Origin: an uncultured Desulfarculus sp.
Lineage (GTDB): Bacteria > Desulfobacterota > Desulfarculia > Desulfarculales > Desulfarculaceae
Direction: 5' to 3'
Assembly (NCBI GenBank): GCA_963665125.2
Contig: CAXXUK010000002.1
Coordinates: forward strand, 352,001 to 416,000
DNA: 64,000 nucleotides
Part shown: positions 38,547 to 48,590 of the stretch, piece by piece
Position numbering within the stretch: the first letter of the stretch is position 1
Layout of the letters: each line of letters starts with the position of its first letter
The notes under the pieces: model-generated
Database searches by the model: none
Seen by the model: the letters and a program-made list of their open reading frames with translations, nothing else
What the model was told of the DNA's origin: nothing
Translations under genes and position numbers: made by a program

Positions 38547-40121
38547 ATGGGCGAAAAATATTTCCAACAAACCATTGAAGTGGTTCACACCGGCGTAGCC
38601 GTTATCGGCGCGGGAGTGGCCGGGCTTTCGGCGGCCCTGGAGGCGGCCAAGCGCACCGACGTGGCCCTGTTGCACCGTGGCCGGGCCGAACAAAGCAACA
38701 CCCACCAGGCCCAGGGCGGCATCGCCGCCGCCGTGGAGCCGGGCGACACCCCGGAGCAGCACCTTGCCGACACTCTTGTGGCCGGGGCCGGGGCCTGCGT
38801 TGAGCGGGCCGTGGATGTGCTGGTCAGGGAAGGGCCGGAGCGGGTGGGGGAACTGGCGGCTCTGGGCTGCCCGTTCGACCGCAGGCCCGACGGGTCGTTC
38901 CGGGTGAGCCGGGAGGGGGCCCACAACCGGGCCAGGGTCATTCCGGCGGGCGGCGACAGCACGGGCCGGGCCGTGGCGCTTACCCTGCTGGCCCAACTGC
39001 CGGACCAAAAAAACATCAACGTGTTCGGTGGCATGCGGGTTTTGGAGTTCCTGGTCCGCAGGGGCCGTTGCGTGGGTCTGGTGGCCTGTGACGAGGCGGG
39101 CGCGCTCAAGGCCTTCATGGCCAGGGCGGTGGTCCTGGCCGGCGGCGGCTGCGGCAGACTCTACGCGCGCACCACCGGCGGGCCGTTCTGCGACGGCCAG
39201 AGCCTGGCCCTTGCCCAACGCGCCGGGGCTGCCCTTGCCGACATGGAGTTCGTGCAATTTCATCCCACGGCCCTGGACGCGCCGGGCGTGGACCCGCTGC
39301 CCCTGGTCTCCGAGGCGGTGCGCGGCCACGGCGCGGTGTTGGTGGACCAGAGCGGCCACCGCTTCATGCCCGCCATCCACCCCATGGCCGAACTGGCCCC
39401 CAGAGATGTGGTGGCCAGGGCAATATACGCCATACGCGTCAGCGGCCAAAGGGTATATCTGGACGCCACTGCCTTTGGCCGCGAGTTTGCCCGGCGCTTT
39501 CCCCAGGTCAACGGCCTGTGCCTGAAATACGGCATTGATCCGGCCACCGAGCCCGTTCCCGTAACTCCGGCGGCCCACTTCACCATGGGCGGCGTGGCCA
39601 GCGACCTGCACGGATGCACCAGCCTGCCGGGCCTGTTTGTCTGCGGCGAGGCGGCCCGCACCGGAGTGCACGGGGCCAACCGCCTGGCCAGCAATTCCCT
39701 GCTGGAGGGGCTGGTCTTCGGGCCCAGGGCGGGCAAGGCGGCCACCACCCGCCCGGCCCCCACGCCGGACGGCATCGGCCATTGGATGAGCCTGGACCAG
39801 TTGGCGGCCATGATGCCCAGGGGCGTTGAACCAGCGGACCTGTGGCCTTTGCCCGGCGAAGCCGGCGACCCGGCCATAGCCGAACTGCGCCGGGTGATGT
39901 GGCGGCACGCGGGCCTGGTGCGCAACGACACGGGCCTGGGCCTGGCCGCCTGGATCATCAAGGAGATGCGGGAACAGGCCGCCACCGGCCAGACCACACT
40001 GCTCAACATGCTGCAAACGGCCTCGGCCATCGTCCGGGCCGCCACGGCCCGCCGGGAAAGCATGGGCGCCCATTTCCGCGATGACGCGCCGGCGGCCGCC
40101 CCGGCGGCGGAGGCCCGTTGA
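38547..40121 (+). CDS. nadB: L-aspartate oxidase
   Basis: GAGVAG, AQGGIAA, EGAH, EFVQFHPT, SEAVRG, ELAPRDVV, HGANRLASNSLLE. Confidence 0.94.
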   Translation: MGEKYFQQTIEVVHTGVAVIGAGVAGLSAALEAAKRTDVALLHRGRAEQSNTHQAQGGIAAAVEPGDTPEQHLADTLVAGAGACVERAVDVLVREGPERVGELAALGCPFDRRPDGSFRVSREGAHNRARVIPAGGDSTGRAVALTLLAQLPDQKNINVFGGMRVLEFLVRRGRCVGLVACDEAGALKAFMARAVVLAGGGCGRLYARTTGGPFCDGQSLALAQRAGAALADMEFVQFHPTALDAPGVDPLPLVSEAVRGHGAVLVDQSGHRFMPAIHPMAELAPRDVVARAIYAIRVSGQRVYLDATAFGREFARRFPQVNGLCLKYGIDPATEPVPVTPAAHFTMGGVASDLHGCTSLPGLFVCGEAARTGVHGANRLASNSLLEGLVFGPRAGKAATTRPAPTPDGIGHWMSLDQLAAMMPRGVEPADLWPLPGEAGDPAIAELRRVMWRHAGLVRNDTGLGLAAWIIKEMREQAATGQTTLLNMLQTASAIVRAATARRESMGAHFRDDAPAAAPAAEAR

Positions 40122-40972
40122 TGGACAAGATGATTCTGCGCCGGGCCGTGCGCTGTTTTCTGGAGGAAGACATCGGCCGGGGCGACATTACCAGCCGTAC
40201 CGTCATACCCGCAGGGACCATGGCCACCGGCCAATTCGTCAGCAAGGCCCAAGGCGTATTGGCCGGGCTGCCGGCTGCCGAGGCCGTCTTCGCCGAGGTC
40301 GATCCGGCCGTTGAATTCAAACCATTACTTGCCGAAGGCGAGGCTCTCCAGCCGGGCGAGGTGTTCGCCCGGGTCAAGGGCCCGGCCCGGTCGCTGTTGG
40401 CCGGGGAGCGCCTGGCCCTGAACCTGTTGCAGCGGGCCAGCGGCGTGGCCACGGCCACTGCGACGGCGGTTCAGGCTGCGGCACCTTACGGCGCCAAGAT
40501 TCTCGACACCCGCAAGACCACTCCCGGCCTGCGCTTTTTGGAAAAATACGCCGTGCGCGTCGGCGGCGGGGTCAACCACCGCCAGGGCCTGGACGACGCG
40601 GTGTTGATCAAAGACAACCACATCGCCGTGGCCGGAGGCGTGGCCGAGGCCGTGGCCGCCGCCAAGGCCGGAGCAGGGCCCATGGTCCGCATCGAGGTGG
40701 AAGTCGACACCCTGGATCAACTGGCCCAGGCCCTGGAGGCCGGGGCCGAGGTGATCATGCTCGACAACATGACCCTGGAGCAGATGGCCCAGGCTGTAAA
40801 GCAAACGGCGGGCCGTGCCGTGCTGGAGGCCTCGGGCGGGTTGAGCCCCGCCGACGCCGCCAGGGTGGCCGCCACGGGGGTCGATTACATATCCATGGGT
40901 TGGCTGACCCACAGCGCGCCGCCTTTGGATCTAAGCCTGGACATAGAACAAATGACCGGTGAGGGAAATTAG
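40121..40972 (+). CDS. nadC: nicotinate-nucleotide pyrophosphorylase (QPRTase)
   Basis: ED...GDITS, DTRKTTPG, HR.GL.D.VLIKDNH, LDN, EASGG. Confidence 0.95.
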   Translation: MDKMILRRAVRCFLEEDIGRGDITSRTVIPAGTMATGQFVSKAQGVLAGLPAAEAVFAEVDPAVEFKPLLAEGEALQPGEVFARVKGPARSLLAGERLALNLLQRASGVATATATAVQAAAPYGAKILDTRKTTPGLRFLEKYAVRVGGGVNHRQGLDDAVLIKDNHIAVAGGVAEAVAAAKAGAGPMVRIEVEVDTLDQLAQALEAGAEVIMLDNMTLEQMAQAVKQTAGRAVLEASGGLSPADAARVAATGVDYISMGWLTHSAPPLDLSLDIEQMTGEGN

Positions 40973-42061
40973 ATGAGCACCAACGCAGCCGTGGTCAACG
41001 ATCCTGGTACCCAAGCAAACGCCCCCTTTGACGCCGAGACCCGGCGCAGGCTTTCCGAACTCCGGTCACAGCTTGGCGACGACCTGCTGATACTGGGCCA
41101 CCATTACATGAGCAGCGAGGCCATCCGCTGGGCCGACCTCACCGGCGATTCCCTGGCCCTGTCCCGCCTGGCCGCCCAGTCCACGGCGGAGAATATCGTT
41201 TTTCTGGGCGTGCATTTCATGGCCGAGACCGCCGATATCCTGACCACTGAGGACCGGAAGGTGCTTTCGCCCGATATCGGCGCAGGCTGCCTCATGGCCG
41301 AGATGGCCTCCATCGGCCAGGTGTTGCAGTGCTGGAATCACCTGGTCAAAAACAACGGCAAACAGACCATACCCATCACCTATGTCAATTCGTCTGCCAA
41401 GCTCAAGGCCTTCTGCGGCGAGCACGGCGGCGCGGTCTGTACCTCCTCCAACGCCGAAAAGGTCCTGGCCTGGGCCCTGGAGCAGGGCGGCCGGGCGCTG
41501 TTTTTCCCGGATATGCACCTGGGCCGCAACGCGGCGGCGGCCCTTGGCGTCACCGGCGACGAGGTCGCCCGCTGGGTGCGGGCCGAGAACCGGCTGCGGG
41601 GCGATATGAACAAGGCCAGGGTGATAGTCTGGGACGGTTTTTGCCCGGTCCATGTGGGCTTTACGGTCATGGATGCGGAGCGGGTCAGGGTTTCCAATCC
41701 GGGCATCAAGGTCGTCGTTCACCCCGAATGCCCCAGGGAAGTGGTCGAAGCCGCCGATGACAGCGGCTCCACCGAAAAGATCATCAAGCTCGTGGAACAG
41801 TCGCCTTCCGGCTCGGCCTGGGCCATTGGCACCGAGATCAATCTTGTCAAGCGTCTTGCGGGCAATCATCCTGATAAAGTAATAATCAGCCTTAATTCGA
41901 ACGTGCCACAATGCCCGGATATGGCTAAAATAAATGAAAGGGGGTTACTGACCGCCCTGCAAGGTATAGCGGAGGGACAGCCGAAGGGCGTGGTCAAGGT
42001 TGATCAACAAACGGCCCAATGGGCCCAAAAAGCGCTGGAGCGAATGTTTGCAGTTACATAA
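40973..42061 (+). CDS. nadA: quinolinate synthase
   Basis: GHHY, GDS, GVHFMAET, AGC.MA, YVNS, CTSSNA, CPVH, HPEC, CPDM. Confidence 0.95.
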   Translation: MSTNAAVVNDPGTQANAPFDAETRRRLSELRSQLGDDLLILGHHYMSSEAIRWADLTGDSLALSRLAAQSTAENIVFLGVHFMAETADILTTEDRKVLSPDIGAGCLMAEMASIGQVLQCWNHLVKNNGKQTIPITYVNSSAKLKAFCGEHGGAVCTSSNAEKVLAWALEQGGRALFFPDMHLGRNAAAALGVTGDEVARWVRAENRLRGDMNKARVIVWDGFCPVHVGFTVMDAERVRVSNPGIKVVVHPECPREVVEAADDSGSTEKIIKLVEQSPSGSAWAIGTEINLVKRLAGNHPDKVIISLNSNVPQCPDMAKINERGLLTALQGIAEGQPKGVVKVDQQTAQWAQKALERMFAVT

Positions 42062-42077
42062 TTATGCTCAATCACCG

Positions 42078-42590
42078 ATGCACGAACGCCGCAAACAAAT
42101 TCTGGAAATCCTGGCCGGATCACGGCAGCCGGTCATAGGAGCCGACCTCTCGGAAAAACTTGGTGTCAGCCGTCAAGTCATCGTTCAAGACATGGCCATT
42201 CTCCGGGCCGAGGGCCATGAAGTCCTGGCCACGCCACGGGGCTATCTCCTCAATAACACCGATGTGCCAAAGGGCCAAAGGGCCGTGGTGGCCGTACGGC
42301 ACGACGCATCCCGCACCGAAGAGGAATTGTGCGTCATGGTGGACCACGGCCTGCATGTCATCGATGTAATCGTGGAACATCCCGTATACGGCGAGATGCG
42401 TGGCAACCTGATGCTCAAGACCAGGGTGGACGTGGGCCGCTTCATCTCCCAGATGAACAAGCGCGAGGCGCCGCTGCTGTCGGCCCTTACCGACGGCGTG
42501 CACATGCACACCGTGGAATATGACGATCCCGCCGTCCTCGAGATGGCTCTGGATGAACTGTCCCGCAGGGGTATCCTGATCGATTATTGA
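42078..42590 (+). CDS. niaR: niacin-responsive transcription repressor (HTH_11 + 3H domain)
   Basis: GVSRQVIVQDMAILRA, TPRGY, DVIVEHPVYG, LT.GVH.H. Confidence 0.9.
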   Translation: MHERRKQILEILAGSRQPVIGADLSEKLGVSRQVIVQDMAILRAEGHEVLATPRGYLLNNTDVPKGQRAVVAVRHDASRTEEELCVMVDHGLHVIDVIVEHPVYGEMRGNLMLKTRVDVGRFISQMNKREAPLLSALTDGVHMHTVEYDDPAVLEMALDELSRRGILIDY

Positions 42591-44410
42591 TTTTTGCCGT
42601 TAACCGGCAGGCTCAAGGTGAATACCGCGCCCTTGCCCGGCTCGCTGTCCACCACCAGCCGGCCGCCGTGCATGCTGGCTATGGCTTTGGCCGCGGCCAG
42701 GCCCAGGCCGTAGCCCTGACGGTTTTTCCCGCCGCGGCCTCTGAAAAACGGCTGGAAGATAAGGGCCAGTTCGTCGGGGTCGATACCCGAGCCCTGGTCG
42801 GCCACCTGGATTCGGGTTTCCTGGTCGGTGGCCGTGATGGATAGGCTGACCGTGGTGCCCTTGGGCGAGTGCTGGAGGGCGTTGTCCAGCAGGTTGCCGA
42901 AGATCCGCCCCAGCAGTTCGCGGTCGGCTATCAGCGGCGTACTGTCGGGGCAGTTCAGATCAAGCTTCACCCCGGCCGCGTCAAACAACGGTTGCAGACT
43001 TGCCGCCAGTTGCCTGATTTCCATTGTAAGGTCCAGCTTGTTCGGGACCATCTCCACCGCGCCGTCCTGCAGGCGGCTCATCTCCAGAAAACGATGGACA
43101 AAGCCTTCCAGGCGCGCGGATTCCTTTTCGATGACCTTCACGTATTTGCTGCGGTTTTCCGGGCTTAGGTCCGCGTCCTTGCGCAGGAGCATGTCGGCGA
43201 AACCGCGGATGCTGATCAGCGGCGTCTTCATGTCGTGGGCCAACATGGAAATGATCCTGGCCCGGTTGCGCTCCAGGGTCTTGACTTCGCTGATATCCTG
43301 GAACGTCTCCACGCCGCCGGTCAGCTTGCCGTGCTGGTCGAAGATGGCCGCGGCCCGGAAACGCACGTCGGTTTTGCCTCCCTCGACCGATTGGACCTGC
43401 CAATCCTCGGGACCCACGGGCTTGGCCTCGGTAATGGAGCGCTTCAGCGGGCAAAGCGGATCGTCGCCGCAGCCAAGCACTTCCGAACAGCGCCGTCCAA
43501 GGGCCCGGTTCAGACTTTGACCGGTGATGGCTTGGGCCCATGGGTTCATCTGGGTAACGCTTAGATGTTCGTCAACGGCGATGACCCCCACCGGCAGGCT
43601 TTCGAACAAGACCCTCTGGCTCTCCAAGGTGTGGCGGAGTTCCTGCTCCATGAGCTTTTGGCGGGTTATGTCACGGATCAGCGACTGCTTGGCCAAGCTG
43701 CCGTCGGGGCGCCTGAGCAGCGTATCGTTCATTTGATACCAGCGGCCGTCCATTTCGTTTTTCACTTCCCAGCGGATGGTTTCCCCGGCAAACACCCGGT
43801 CGTTCACGCACCAGCCGCAGGGCTGGTCCAACTGATGCAGTGCTTTATGGCACTTTTCGCCCGTGGCGTCCCGCCCCAACCTGCGGATCAGCATTTCATT
43901 CATGTATTCGATGCGGTAATCGGGCCCGCAGATATAAATCATGCCGTCAAAGGCCCTGGTCAGGGCCTCGAAGTGGGCGGCTCCGGCATCAGTGTATTGG
44001 CGTTTTTCCAAACGGTGAAGCAGGAACCAATGGCCGGAGTCTTCCATGGGGTGAGCTGTCGCCGACACCAGCAATGTTGCGCCGTTGGGCAGAATAATGC
44101 TTTTTTCGTATGAAACAGGATTTGACGTGGTGGCCGAATGCGCCAGAAGCATTTTTTCGGCGCTGCGCTGGAGGGCCGGGCTCAGCTTGCTCCAACTCTT
44201 GCCCATGATTTCGTCATCACTGTTGAGGCCGGTCAGGGCGCGAAAGGCACCGTTGCCGCAGGTGATGCGGCCTTCAGGGCCAATGGCGGCGAAAGGAACG
44301 GGTGAATGTTCCATGGCCTTGACCAGTTCGGCAAGTTGAGTCGGTGCGTCTCGGCTCATTCCTCCTCTTGTCTCACCCGCCGTCAGGCCAGATGCCTGGT
44401 CGGATGTCAT
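42584..44410 (-). CDS. PAS-domain sensor histidine kinase
   Basis: PAS repeats, AHDMKTPL, NLLDNA, DQGSGI, GLGL. Confidence 0.9.
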   Translation of the reverse strand: MTSDQASGLTAGETRGGMSRDAPTQLAELVKAMEHSPVPFAAIGPEGRITCGNGAFRALTGLNSDDEIMGKSWSKLSPALQRSAEKMLLAHSATTSNPVSYEKSIILPNGATLLVSATAHPMEDSGHWFLLHRLEKRQYTDAGAAHFEALTRAFDGMIYICGPDYRIEYMNEMLIRRLGRDATGEKCHKALHQLDQPCGWCVNDRVFAGETIRWEVKNEMDGRWYQMNDTLLRRPDGSLAKQSLIRDITRQKLMEQELRHTLESQRVLFESLPVGVIAVDEHLSVTQMNPWAQAITGQSLNRALGRRCSEVLGCGDDPLCPLKRSITEAKPVGPEDWQVQSVEGGKTDVRFRAAAIFDQHGKLTGGVETFQDISEVKTLERNRARIISMLAHDMKTPLISIRGFADMLLRKDADLSPENRSKYVKVIEKESARLEGFVHRFLEMSRLQDGAVEMVPNKLDLTMEIRQLAASLQPLFDAAGVKLDLNCPDSTPLIADRELLGRIFGNLLDNALQHSPKGTTVSLSITATDQETRIQVADQGSGIDPDELALIFQPFFRGRGGKNRQGYGLGLAAAKAIASMHGGRLVVDSEPGKGAVFTLSLPVNGKNQ

Positions 44411-44531
44411 GGATTGTCCGTCGCTTTAGCCGTGGCCTCCGCCACTTTTCCCCAAGCTTAATGTCGGTCTCCAATTGTTCATCATAGCAACTTTACATCT
44501 CATGCACCAAGGGCTATGGCCGTGAACACCG

Positions 44532-46427
44532 CTAGAAAAATGCCGGTCCACCTTCGGCCCACCGCCGTATTCCACTGTCCGGCGCGAACCGCTTGCCGTG
44601 GTCTTGGGCCAAGTCTTCCAGGGTGTCCAGGGCCTTTTGTGGGCCCATCTCCTCCAACAAATGCAGCGGGCCGCCGCCAAAGGCCGGATAGCCCAGGGCG
44701 TGCGCGGCCAACAGCTCGATATCCCGGGCCGAGCCGGTCATGCCCGCCGTGAGCATTGCCGCGGCGCTGTTGGCCAAAAGCAAGGTGATCCGCTGTTGGA
44801 TTTCCTCCTTGCTTATTCCAGCATTGGTGGCGGTTTGTGGCGCATCGCCGCGCATGGCCAGGGGACCTTGGGCAAAGCCCATTTCCAGCATGGCCTGGTC
44901 GATTTGCCCGGCGTCTGCTCCGTCATGAATGAGCATCACGGCCTCGGCCATATAAACCGAACGCAGCCTGCCGCTGATGCTGCCCGGACCGCTGTTGGAG
45001 ATGATGATGCCCTTGCCCAGGGCCGCGGCCAGGGCGGCGGCGGTGTCCACGGCCCATTCGGCGGTGGATTCGCCCCGCACGATCTCGGCCACGGCCGATC
45101 GGTGCACCGGATCGAACAAGCACAGGCCCACCACCCTCTCCGGGTTGGCTATGCCTTTGGCCGCCTCATTGAGTGGCGGGGTGGGGGCGGTGCTGGCCAG
45201 CACGGCTTCCGGCCCGGTGACATCGGCCAACCTGGCCAGGGTCTTTTGGGCCTCCATGACATCGCCGCCGGCCAGATCGAGGATAAAGTCGCAACCCGCC
45301 AGGGCCTGGGGTGTGTCGCCGATAAACAGGCGGTCCAGGCGGGCCCGGTGTTCGTCTTTTGTGATGCGGCCCCGTTTGAGCAGTTTTTCCAGTACGGTCG
45401 CCACCATGGCCTGGAGTTTGTTTTTCGCGCCGCTGTCCGGCTCCCAAACCGCCACCGGGCAAAAGGCCAGGGCCGCGGGCGCCAGGCCCAGAGCCGGACC
45501 GGTTGCGCCCACCAGGCCCAGGCGGTTGATCAGCCGAGCATGGCCGCCGGGTTTGGTCTTTTTTAGGCCGTTGGCGGCTACGAAATGCCAGACAAGGTTG
45601 CGGGACTGGCTGCTGGCCACCAACTCGCCGAACAATTCGTCCTCGCGCCGGCGCGCCGCTTCCGGGCCGTGTTTGATGCGCTCCTCCAGGCCCTCCAGCA
45701 CTGCAAGGGGCGCAGGCAGCAGGCCACGGGTGGAGTCCATGACGCTTTGGCGCACGGCCTGGAGCATGCCCGGATCAAGGGCATCGGTGTGGGGCTCGGG
45801 CGGTGCAAGGCTGCCGTCGGCCATGGCCAAAGCGTCGGAAGCGGCCCGGTCCAATAGCCGGCCCGGCTCCACCAGGGCGTCGATAAGGCCGATTTCCAGG
45901 GCCTTGGCCGGGGTGATGTTGGCGGCGGTGACCAAAAGGGGTATGGCCTCGGCCGGGCCCACGCGCTCCAGCAGGCGGCCCGGAATACCGCCCGCCGGAA
46001 TGAAGCCCAGACGCACAGCCGGGAAGCCGAAGGTCAACCCCGGAGCGTCGGCGGCCACGATGCGGCCGCAACACAGGCCCAGGCCCAGGCCGCCGCCCAG
46101 GACCGCGCCGTGCACCGCGGCCACCAGGGGCTTGGCGAAACCTATCATGATGTCCAGGGTGCGGCTGGTGCCGGCCAGGGAAGCGGTGGCCTCGGCCGGG
46201 CTGGCGGCCAGGGCCAGGGCCTTGAGGTCGGCTCCGGCCACGAAGCTGGTCTTTTTGGCCGAAGCCAGGACCACGGCCCGAATGGAATTGTCGGCCGCCA
46301 GCTCTCCCAGGCGCACGGCGAGTTCGTCCAACAGTTCGGAGGCAAGGGCGTTCACCGGCCGTCCCGGCTGGTCCATTATCAACAAAGCGCAACCATCGGG
46401 CCGTTTTTCTATTCTTGTGGCTTGCAT
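44532..46427 (-). CDS. FadJ-like crotonase/3-hydroxyacyl-CoA dehydrogenase homolog with degenerate active sites
   Basis: FVAGADL, KPLVAAVHG..LGGG, GYPAF.GGP retained; catalytic residues substituted (see findings). Confidence 0.82.
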   Translation of the reverse strand: MQATRIEKRPDGCALLIMDQPGRPVNALASELLDELAVRLGELAADNSIRAVVLASAKKTSFVAGADLKALALAASPAEATASLAGTSRTLDIMIGFAKPLVAAVHGAVLGGGLGLGLCCGRIVAADAPGLTFGFPAVRLGFIPAGGIPGRLLERVGPAEAIPLLVTAANITPAKALEIGLIDALVEPGRLLDRAASDALAMADGSLAPPEPHTDALDPGMLQAVRQSVMDSTRGLLPAPLAVLEGLEERIKHGPEAARRREDELFGELVASSQSRNLVWHFVAANGLKKTKPGGHARLINRLGLVGATGPALGLAPAALAFCPVAVWEPDSGAKNKLQAMVATVLEKLLKRGRITKDEHRARLDRLFIGDTPQALAGCDFILDLAGGDVMEAQKTLARLADVTGPEAVLASTAPTPPLNEAAKGIANPERVVGLCLFDPVHRSAVAEIVRGESTAEWAVDTAAALAAALGKGIIISNSGPGSISGRLRSVYMAEAVMLIHDGADAGQIDQAMLEMGFAQGPLAMRGDAPQTATNAGISKEEIQQRITLLLANSAAAMLTAGMTGSARDIELLAAHALGYPAFGGGPLHLLEEMGPQKALDTLEDLAQDHGKRFAPDSGIRRWAEGGPAFF

Positions 46428-46449
46428 GCCGCCTCCATCGGTTGGTGAT

Positions 46450-46462
46450 CTGGTCATACCAG
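46450..46462. promoter_or_regulatory. putative FadR/GntR-subfamily operator
   Basis: Palindrome CTGGT-cat-ACCAG (TGGT-N3-ACCA) between the divergent FadJ-like and GntR genes; related GTCTGACCAG at 46579-46588. Confidence 0.6.
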
Positions 46463-46573
46463 GTGGATTATCATTGGCTTTGCGAAAAAGTCAAGCAGGC
46501 CCGAGGTCCATGTTATTAACCGCCTTGTTATTGGTCTTGGCCCTTGGGATTGCTTTGTGGTATGAATTTGGCC

Positions 46574-47335
46574 ATGAAGTCTGACCAGATTAACAGCATA
46601 GGGCCTTTGGAAAAGACGCCCACCATGAGCAGGCGCGTGGCCGACTACCTTTCCAGGCTTGTCGCCGACGGCACGCTGAAGCCCGGAGAAAAGCTGCCCG
46701 GCGAGACGGCCCTGGCCCAGCGTTTGGGCGTCAGCCGCCCGACCCTGCGCGAAGCCTTGGGCGTCTTGCAGGTCAAGGGCCTGTTGGAGGTGCGGCCCCG
46801 TTCAGGCACCTATGTCACCAGCGCCGTGGATGGAGGCGGCGGCAACGTTGTCGACGAGCTTGTGGCCGTGGACCCCACCAAAATCTGGGAGCTTCTGGAG
46901 ATCCGCAAGGTGGTCGACACCGAGGCCGCGGCGCTGGCCGCTCGGCGGCGCAACCCGGCCGACTTGGCCCGCCTGGATGAGATCATGCAGTCGGTGCGCA
47001 ACCTCGGCGGACAGGACCTGATCCGGCGCAGCGAAGGCGGCAAGGCCTATGCCCGGTTTTTCGCCTTTTTAGCCCATGCCACCCACAACACACTCTACAG
47101 CCACCTGATGAGCTGGGTCAGTAGCACCCTGCGCCATCTGGTGCCCTACAGCCGCCAGAGGCTTTCAGGCAAGCCGGAAATCGGCGACGCCATACTGGGC
47201 CACATCGTGGCCATTGCCAGGTCCGTGGAGGACTCAGACCCCCAGGCCGCCCGGCGTACCACCCTGGAACACCTGGAATTTCTGGAAAAGGCCCTGCGCG
47301 AACTACACACCGAGGAAACCAGCCAGCCGAACTGA
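46574..47335 (+). CDS. FadR/GntR family transcriptional regulator
   Basis: LKPGEKLPGE..LA...GVSRPTLREAL, GTYV; FCD domain ELLEIR...ATHN. Confidence 0.92.
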   Translation: MKSDQINSIGPLEKTPTMSRRVADYLSRLVADGTLKPGEKLPGETALAQRLGVSRPTLREALGVLQVKGLLEVRPRSGTYVTSAVDGGGGNVVDELVAVDPTKIWELLEIRKVVDTEAAALAARRRNPADLARLDEIMQSVRNLGGQDLIRRSEGGKAYARFFAFLAHATHNTLYSHLMSWVSSTLRHLVPYSRQRLSGKPEIGDAILGHIVAIARSVEDSDPQAARRTTLEHLEFLEKALRELHTEETSQPN

Positions 47336-47512
47336 TGCGTGAAGACCTGGGATGGGCCCAGGCCATATGGCATATGCCGCCCCGGACAATCTTTTTGTGG
47401 CGGGCTTGCCGCCTGGCTGCGATACTACGGACCGCAGGCCCGCATCCGGGCCTTCAATTTACACGGCGCTTTTCTGAAGCCTGGTATTTAACATTCTACA
47501 ATAACTGGAGAA

Positions 47513-48448
47513 ATGCCCATGAGCGCTTCCGAGACGGCCATGTGGGTGACTGAAGTAATAACGGACTGGGATGTGTATCATCACGGCGTAAGCCGGGTGA
47601 TAGCCCACACCAAGACGCCTTATCAGGAAATGTATGTGGTGGAAAGCCCGTCGTTCGGCCGCGCCCTGGTCCTGGACGGCAAGTGGCAGAGTTCCCAGCA
47701 CGATGAATTCATCTATCACGAGGCCCTGGTCCAACCGGCCATGATCATGCAGGGCGGGCCCAAGAAAGTGCTGATCCTGGGTGGCGGCGAGGGGGCCACC
47801 ATCCGCGAGGCCCTGCGCTGGTCCAGCGTGGAGCGGGTGGTCATGGTCGACATCGACCCCGACGTGGTCCAGGCCTGCCGCGAGCACATGGAGGTCATGC
47901 ACCAGGGTTCGTGGGACGATCCGCGCCTGGAACTGGTCTTTGACGACGCCTGGGTCTATCTGGAAAACACCACCGAGGCCTGGGACGTGATCATAAGCGA
48001 CCTGACCGACCCCCTGGAGGAAGGCCCGTCGTTCAAACTGTTCACCAAGGAATTCTACGAGATGGCCAAAAAGGCCCTGGCTCCCGGCGGCAAGCTGGTG
48101 GCCCAGGCCGGGCCGGTCTCGCCGGTGGAAGTGGCCCTGCACGCCCGGTTGTGCAACACCCTGGCCGACGTGTTCGGCGACGTGGTGTCGTACTGCGCGC
48201 CCACGCCCAGCTACGGGCGGGCCTGGGGATTCGCCCTGTGTTCGGCCGAGGCCATCGACCTGACGCCTGATCCGGCCAAGACCGACGACATCATCGCCGA
48301 CAAGGTCAATAGCGAACTGAAGCTCATGGACGGCCGGACCCTGTTGGGCCTGCTGCAAACGCCCAAATACATCCGCACGGCCATTGCCAACAGCACCACG
48401 GTCTACACCATTGCCGCGCCGCCGCGCTTCGGCAACTTGGAAGGCTAG
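47513..48448 (+). CDS. speE: polyamine aminopropyltransferase (spermidine synthase)
   Basis: LVLDG, DEFIYHEAL, VLILGGGEG, VDID, DVIISDLTDP. Confidence 0.93.
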   Translation: MPMSASETAMWVTEVITDWDVYHHGVSRVIAHTKTPYQEMYVVESPSFGRALVLDGKWQSSQHDEFIYHEALVQPAMIMQGGPKKVLILGGGEGATIREALRWSSVERVVMVDIDPDVVQACREHMEVMHQGSWDDPRLELVFDDAWVYLENTTEAWDVIISDLTDPLEEGPSFKLFTKEFYEMAKKALAPGGKLVAQAGPVSPVEVALHARLCNTLADVFGDVVSYCAPTPSYGRAWGFALCSAEAIDLTPDPAKTDDIIADKVNSELKLMDGRTLLGLLQTPKYIRTAIANSTTVYTIAAPPRFGNLEG

Positions 48449-48466
48449 GCCACAGCCCTCAAACTG

Positions 48467-48500
48467 AAAACGCCGCGCTCCATCCGGGGTGCGGCGTTTT
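48467..48500 (+). terminator. speE terminator (duplicated at 49071-49100)
   Basis: AAAACGCCGC...GCGGCGTTTT hairpin. Confidence 0.8.
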
Positions 48501-48590
48501 CTGTTGGAGGGGGCGTTGCCGCTCTGCTAGGATAGCCCGGTTTAATATATATAATTCCGCCGCCATTGGCGGCCCTTGGGGAGGACAACA

